Shown: one piece after another, positions 59,227-64,000 of the stretch | How positions within the stretch are numbered: position 1 is the first letter of the stretch | How the letters are laid out: each line of letters starts with the position of its first letter | From: Myxococcota bacterium | GTDB lineage: Bacteria; Myxococcota_A; UBA9160; UBA4427 | Assembly (NCBI GenBank): GCA_965250285.1 | Contig: OZ252299.1 | Location: forward strand, 4,352,001-4,416,000 | DNA: 64,000 nucleotides | Direction: 5' to 3' | Program-made: the position numbers and the translations under genes | The notes under the pieces: generated by a model | Database searches by the model: none | Told to the model about the DNA's origin: nothing | Seen by the model: only the letters and a program-made list of their open reading frames with translations

Positions 59227-60357
59227 TCAGGCGCGGCTCTTCTGCGCGCGTCGGCGACGCAGCGCGACCAGCACACCCAAGCCGCTCACGAAGAGCGCGG
59301 TGGCGCCCGGCTCCGGGGCCTCCGAGACGCCCATCGCGCCCTGCGCGTCGCACTCGGGATCTCGCTCGGCGTAGAGTCCGGCCGAGCCGAACGTGTCCCC
59401 GCGATAGTCGATCAGACCGTCGCCGTCGTTGTCGATGCCGTCGTCGCACTCGTAGGTCGTCGACTTCTCCGAGTCGTCCTCGGGGCTGTCGCAGCCCGGG
59501 TCGCCGCCGGCATAGTCGATCAAACCGTCGCGGTCGTTGTCGATGCCATCGTCGCAGAGCGAGAACACCATCTGTTCGTCGACGTACTGGCGCGCCACGT
59601 CTTCGGCGCCGACCGGGATCGACACGGTGCCCCACACCAGATGGATCGGCGATCCCTCTGCGAAGCCCGACATCGTGAGATCGACCTTCATCAGGTAGAC
59701 GCCGAGCGACGGGAGCCCGCCGCCTGCGCGGCGCAGCTCGAAGTCGACATGGTCGTGCAGGCTGCCGTTTCCGTTCGTGTCGTCGATCACGAGGCCCGGG
59801 ATCTCGCTCGTGCCGCCATCGGCGATGGCCTGGGTGCCGAGCTCGTCGAAGCGGATGATCTCGTCGAGCGGCACCGGCGTCCATTCGACGTCGTTCACGT
59901 CGAGACCGTTGAGATCGTCGTCGATCGCATCCCAGTACAGAACGTTGCGCGCCGGCCCCCCGCCCGTCGGCACCTCGGTGAGAAAGTCGACGTTCAGATC
60001 GCGGTTGCCGGGCAGGGGCGAGAGCAGCGGCTGTTCACTGCAGGGGCTCGGCACCGTCGAGAAGCCGGGATCGTCGGTCGAGTAGCTGCCGTCGAGGCGC
60101 TGGTCGAACGCGTAGACGGGGAATCGGTTGGCGACCGGAAACGTGTCGAAGTCGCGCGCGCCGACCGCGAGCTGCGAGTATTCGAGCGTCTGCGACGCGT
60201 CGAAGGTCTGCGTTGCGCAGTCCTCGCCGGTGATCATCAACCGAGCGACGAGAACGTCGCAGTGCGACCCCGTGCAGGCGGCCTGCGCGTGCGCCGAGGT
60301 CGCGGCGGTCAGAGCCATCATGGCGATGAGAAGGATGGACGAGGCGCGGACGATCAT
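59227..60357 (-). CDS. PEP-CTERM-type surface protein with His/Asp motifs and two CDDGIDNDxDGLIDY repeats
   Basis: Signal peptide AHA-Q; HCDVLV, TDDPGF, LYWD and GSLHDHVDF; C-terminal APEP, TM helix, RRRR. Confidence 0.82.
   Translation of the reverse strand: MIVRASSILLIAMMALTAATSAHAQAACTGSHCDVLVARLMITGEDCATQTFDASQTLEYSQLAVGARDFDTFPVANRFPVYAFDQRLDGSYSTDDPGFSTVPSPCSEQPLLSPLPGNRDLNVDFLTEVPTGGGPARNVLYWDAIDDDLNGLDVNDVEWTPVPLDEIIRFDELGTQAIADGGTSEIPGLVIDDTNGNGSLHDHVDFELRRAGGGLPSLGVYLMKVDLTMSGFAEGSPIHLVWGTVSIPVGAEDVARQYVDEQMVFSLCDDGIDNDRDGLIDYAGGDPGCDSPEDDSEKSTTYECDDGIDNDGDGLIDYRGDTFGSAGLYAERDPECDAQGAMGVSEAPEPGATALFVSGLGVLVALRRRRAQKSRA
59404..59556 (-). repeat. Two 45-bp coding repeats (CDDGIDNDxDGLIDY)
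   Basis: Copies at 59512-59556 and 59404-59448, 108 bp apart. Confidence 0.8.
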
Positions 60358-60410
60358 GTTCAGACTTCCTTGCGGGGTTCTCGGGACATTCAGGGTCCCC
60401 GAAAATGACG

Positions 60411-60445
60411 AGGCGCGGGGAGCGACTGCTTCGCTCCCCGCGCCT
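60411..60445 (-). terminator. 15-bp stem-loop between the two PEP-CTERM genes
   Basis: AGGCGCGGGGAGCGA-CTGCT-TCGCTCCCCGCGCCT, followed on the minus strand by CGTCATTTTC. Confidence 0.6.
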
Positions 60446-60468
60446 GGTCTTTCACGCGACAGGCTCGC

Positions 60469-61317
60469 TCAGGCGTTGACTGCACCGCGGCGCCGAGCAC
60501 CCAGGCCGATCAGGCCGAGGCCCACCAGCAGCGCGGTCGTCGGCTCGGGCACGAGGGCGGCGATGCTCTCGACCGCTGCCTCGTGGGCTTCTTCATCCTC
60601 GACGCCGAAGTCGAAGACGTTGCCCCAGACGTCCGAGCTCTCGAGGCCTTCGATGTTCGTCTGACCGAAGATCGCGTAGAAGCCGATCGTCGGGTCATCC
60701 GTGCCACCGTCACCGTTCAGCAGGTAGTCGGGGTGCGTGTCGAAGAAACCGATGCCGCTCGTCGGATCGAGCTCGACGCTCGTCAGCACGCTGGTGCCGT
60801 CGAGAATGCCGCCGCTGCCACCGTTGCCGATGATGTCGAAGTACTCACCGTTCGGCACCGCGCTCCACGACACCGCGCCGGTGCCATCCCAGAAGAGGAT
60901 GCTCGCACCCGCCACCGGCGAGTTGGGCGCCAGCACGAAGTCGACGCTGTGCTCGGCGTTGCTCGGCAGAATCGTGCCGAAGGGCAGGGCCGCCTGGCCG
61001 CCATCGGGGATCGCAAAGAACCCCGGCTCGTCGGCTACACCGACGATCGGCGTGCCCATGGTCGCTTCCAGCTCCGACTCGAAGGCCATCTCGGTCGTGC
61101 CATTCGGATCACATCCGGGCTCGCCGACGCCGCTGAAGCAGTCGACGTCGATGCCACCGATCTGCACCTTGCCACCGTCCTGGAAGACCAGGACGTCGTT
61201 GTGGCCCTCTTCTTCTTCGTCGGCCCAGGCGCCCGTCGCCACCACAAGCGCCGCGCTCGTGAATGCGACCAGCGACACCAGGCTCGACGCTCGCAATCTC
61301 TTGAGAACCCTCTGCAT
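60469..61317 (-). CDS. PEP-CTERM surface protein with His/Asp motifs (paralog of 59227-60357)
   Basis: Signal peptide AWA-D; EEEEGHNDVLV, ADEPGF, LFWDG and DTHPDY; C-terminal VPEPTTALLVGLGLIGLGARRR. Confidence 0.88.
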   Translation of the reverse strand: MQRVLKRLRASSLVSLVAFTSAALVVATGAWADEEEEGHNDVLVFQDGGKVQIGGIDVDCFSGVGEPGCDPNGTTEMAFESELEATMGTPIVGVADEPGFFAIPDGGQAALPFGTILPSNAEHSVDFVLAPNSPVAGASILFWDGTGAVSWSAVPNGEYFDIIGNGGSGGILDGTSVLTSVELDPTSGIGFFDTHPDYLLNGDGGTDDPTIGFYAIFGQTNIEGLESSDVWGNVFDFGVEDEEAHEAAVESIAALVPEPTTALLVGLGLIGLGARRRGAVNA

Positions 61318-61439
61318 TTTCCTGCTCTTTCCCTGTTTTTTCACCGCATGAACATCCCACGCGACGCCCCGGACCGACCGGGCGCACCGCGCCTTCAAAC
61401 GAACCTGTCCCAGGGGTTCGTGCCGCATTCCCGACCGGG

Positions 61440-61485
61440 CGAGGTCGTCTCCCAATGGGGGACGAGGTCGTCTCCCAATGGGGGA
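61440..61485. promoter_or_regulatory. Perfect 23-bp tandem duplication containing a near-palindrome (putative twin regulator boxes)
   Basis: CGAGGTCGTCTCCCAATGGGGGA x2, with core TCTCCCA-A-TGGGGGA, in the divergent intergenic region. Confidence 0.7.
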
Positions 61486-61675
61486 TGTGCCGCACCCCCA
61501 CCCCGGGTTCCCGCCATGGCTCGACTTTCTGGGTGCCACGGTCTGCGGTCGGTTGGCTCGCGGTGCGGGGTCGGAACGTTCCCGACGGCTGTCACGCCGT
61601 TGCCAAACTCGACTCGGTTCGGATAGCCTTCCTCGAATGCGCTCCCACTGGCAGGCCCCGCTGGGCACCCGTGCA

Positions 61676-61996
61676 ATGCGTCGACGCCCATCGCGTCGAG
61701 CGGTGCTCGCTTGCCTGCTCGCCCTGCTCTGCATCGCGGCCGAAGTCGCCCACGCGCTTCATGAATCGCCGTCGGGGTCGTGCACCGAAGCCGGCGGAGA
61801 TGTCGCGGTCAGCGCGCCCTGCGGCGTCTGCGAGTGGGTCGCGTCGCATCCGAGCGCCGGCGTCGTCTCACTCGACCTGCTCGCGGTCGCTCTGCCGCTC
61901 GCGGCGGCAGACCGGGTGCACCCGCCGCGCTTCGACGCGCGACCGGCCGTCGGCACTGAGCCGGCCGCACCGAGGGCCCCGCCCCACACCGCCTGA
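61676..61996 (+). CDS. DUF2946/CruR-like leader protein (signal segment, CxxC, C-terminal RAPP), copy 2
   Basis: MRRR plus hydrophobic segment, HALHE, CGVC at 61820-61831 and APRAPPHTA-stop (RAPP at 61973-61984). Confidence 0.78.
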   Translation: MRRRPSRRAVLACLLALLCIAAEVAHALHESPSGSCTEAGGDVAVSAPCGVCEWVASHPSAGVVSLDLLAVALPLAAADRVHPPRFDARPAVGTEPAAPRAPPHTA

Positions 61997-62260
61997 GCCG
62001 GTCCTATACGACCGGCGCCGATCGTCGTGGCCCGGCCGCGATGGGTCTCGAGTGCGCGCGGCGTGCTCGGTCTCACGCTGCGCGCCACGAAGGCCTCGAG
62101 TCGCGTCTCTCTCAATTCACTTCGGCGCGACTCCCTGAAAATCCCCCCCGCCGACGCGCTTCTCACGCGTCGGATCGAATCGTCGAGCCCGCCTGAGTCG
62201 TAGGACCCGTCCCGGGTCCGGCCCGCCCGTGCATTCGAGTCGATCGAGAAGGGTGACCCC

Positions 62261-64000
62261 ATGGGTCGTCACACACTGCGCCTGTTGTGCGCGAGCCTGA
62301 TCGTCGTGGCCATCGCCGGCGTCGGCCACACACAGCCGCGCACCGCCACCCGCGACGTGCTGCTCGGCATGCACGAGCGCATCGTGCTGAGCAGCGACGT
62401 TCAGCGCATCTCAGTCGGCAGCCCGCGCGTGCTGAGCGTCGAGGTGCTGAGCAGCCGCGAGCTGCTCGCGCTCGGCCAGGCCATCGGCCGCACGAACCTG
62501 ATCGTCTGGTACGCCGACGGCCGCACCGAAGACTTCCAGTTCGCCGTCGTGCGCGACCTGTCGCTGCTGCGACAGATCCTGCGCGACATCTACCCGACGC
62601 TGCGCGCCTCGTCGGCCCCCGACCGCGACGCGATCATTCTGCGCGGGTCGGTGCCCGACATCCGCTACTCGCGACTCGCCGAGAGCGCCGCGGCCGGCTA
62701 CCTGCAGGCGGGCGTTTCGGGTCGCCGCAGCGGCGCTCAGCCCGTTCTCCCGACCGCCGAGGCGTCGGTCGCGAGCGCGGAGAGCGCCGACGGCGCGGTC
62801 GAGATCGCCGAGACCGTGATCGAGCGCGCCTCGTCGCTGCTCGGCGTCGAAGGCGGCCGGGGCCGCGCGCAGATCATCAATCTGATCCAGGTGGGCGAGC
62901 TGCCGGCGACGCTCGAAGAGCGCGTGCGGGCAGCGATTCTGCCGATCGGCGGCGCCGACGTGACCGTGCGCCGCATCGTGCGCGGTCAGATGCGCAACGA
63001 CGCCATCGACACCCTCGTGCTCGAAGGCGAGGTCGACGGGCAGGTCGAGCTCTCGCGCATCCTGATCGCGACCTCGACCGTCGTCACCGGTCGCGGCGAC
63101 CGCCAGATCGACGTGCTCGCCAACGAAGCGGGCGCCCTCAGCAACTTCGGCGGCGGCGGGGGCGGCGGCGGGGGCGGCGGAGGCGGTGGCTTCGGCGGCG
63201 GTGGAGGCGGCGGGGGCGGCAACATCGGCAGCTCGGGCCTGCGCGTGAACGCGATTCGCTCGAACATTGCCCGGGCGAAGGCGCTCTCGACCGCCGGCGG
63301 CCGGGTGCTCGCGTTCATTCACGTGCGCGATATCCCCCAGGTGCGCGTCCAGGTGCGCGTGTTCGAGGTCAACCGCACCCGGCTCAAAGACTGGCTGCCC
63401 GAGGTCAATGCCGTGAAGGTCGACCAGGGCCAGAGCGTGCAGCCGCCGCTGATCCCGCCCACACCGGGCGGCGGCGGAGGCGTTTCGCCCGACTACAACG
63501 GCACCAGCTATCAGATGGCGACGCGCATTCTTCAGGGCGCGGCCTCGAGCCAGTGGCAGGTCGTCGCCAGCGATTTCGCGATCGACATCTTCATGGCGAT
63601 CCTCGAGAGCGAGGGCGTCGCGCGCAGCCTCGCGCGTCCGACGCTCACGGTGCTCTCGGGCGAATCGGCCACGTTCAACGTCGGCGGCGCCATCCCGATC
63701 AACCGGACGCTCACGACCGCCGCCGGCAATCAGAGCTTCAGCGACGTGTTCTTTCAGGATTTCGGCATCTCGCTCGGCGTTCGGCCGCTCGTCGGCGAGG
63801 ACGACGTGATCACGATGGACGTGAACCCCGACATCTCGTTCCCCGACGCCGCCCTCACCGCGGCGCTGAACATCGGCACGAGCGACGGCAGCAGTACCGC
63901 GGCCTTCGAGACCCGCACGCTGAGCACCAGCGCGCGCGTCGCCGACGGCGAGGTGCTCGCGATCGGCGGCCTGATCCAGCAAGAGAAGTCGATCGACTCT
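62261..64000 (+). CDS. cpaC: RcpA/CpaC-type Tad secretin (3' truncated; absent from the ORF track because it has no stop in the window)
   Basis: Translated by hand: MGRHTLRLLCASLIVVAIAG signal, RISVGSP...GRTNLIVW (pilus-N domain), PQVRVQVRVFEVNR, LARPTLTVLSGESATFNVGG, FQDFGISLGVRP, and RTLSTSARVADGEVLAIGGLI (secretin domain). Confidence 0.9.
   Translation, partial: MGRHTLRLLCASLIVVAIAGVGHTQPRTATRDVLLGMHERIVLSSDVQRISVGSPRVLSVEVLSSRELLALGQAIGRTNLIVWYADGRTEDFQFAVVRDLSLLRQILRDIYPTLRASSAPDRDAIILRGSVPDIRYSRLAESAAAGYLQAGVSGRRSGAQPVLPTAEASVASAESADGAVEIAETVIERASSLLGVEGGRGRAQIINLIQVGELPATLEERVRAAILPIGGADVTVRRIVRGQMRNDAIDTLVLEGEVDGQVELSRILIATSTVVTGRGDRQIDVLANEAGALSNFGGGGGGGGGGGGGGFGGGGGGGGGNIGSSGLRVNAIRSNIARAKALSTAGGRVLAFIHVRDIPQVRVQVRVFEVNRTRLKDWLPEVNAVKVDQGQSVQPPLIPPTPGGGGGVSPDYNGTSYQMATRILQGAASSQWQVVASDFAIDIFMAILESEGVARSLARPTLTVLSGESATFNVGGAIPINRTLTTAAGNQSFSDVFFQDFGISLGVRPLVGEDDVITMDVNPDISFPDAALTAALNIGTSDGSSTAAFETRTLSTSARVADGEVLAIGGLIQQEKSIDS

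Noticed and set aside
62041..62196. Small ORF (MGLECARR...) before the secretin as an Flp pilin
   Set aside because: It has no G/xxxxEY motif or hydrophobic pilin helix and is probably non-coding leader sequence.

Overview
High-GC bacterial chromosomal window. The gene content is consistent with a Myxococcota-like heterotroph, but that assignment is an inference. Positions 1-56 kb are a dense patchwork of lipid, sterol-like and xenobiotic catabolic or detoxification genes: SDRs, amidohydrolases, LLM oxidoreductases, SCP2-thiolase plus DUF35, acyl-CoA ligase, FMO, TauD, GSTs, haloalkane dehalogenase, epoxide hydrolase, two heme peroxidases, MFS transporters, a small arsR-arsI operon, several secreted lipoproteins and asnB. 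The last 8 kb (56.2-64.0 kb) is the most unusual part. Two short DUF2946/CruR-like leader ORFs (N-terminal hydrophobic segment, CxxC, then a C-terminal RAPP ribosome-arrest-type motif about 50 codons later) each precede part of a split Tad/Flp secretion locus. One precedes an ECF sigma factor with a linker CxxC plus tadB and tadC; the other precedes an RcpA/CpaC secretin that runs off the window end. Between them lie two paralogous His/Asp-motif PEP-CTERM surface proteins on the opposite strand, with a perfect 23-bp tandem duplication upstream. Also notable are a pair of 128-bp self-palindromic elements in inverted orientation at 8.75-9.22 kb and a secreted protein with nine 11-aa LEA-like repeats. 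No rRNA, tRNA, CRISPR array, transposase or integrase was recognised. All calls come from reading motifs by eye; no database searches were run. Many start codons were re-chosen relative to the ORF track using RBS and homology logic.
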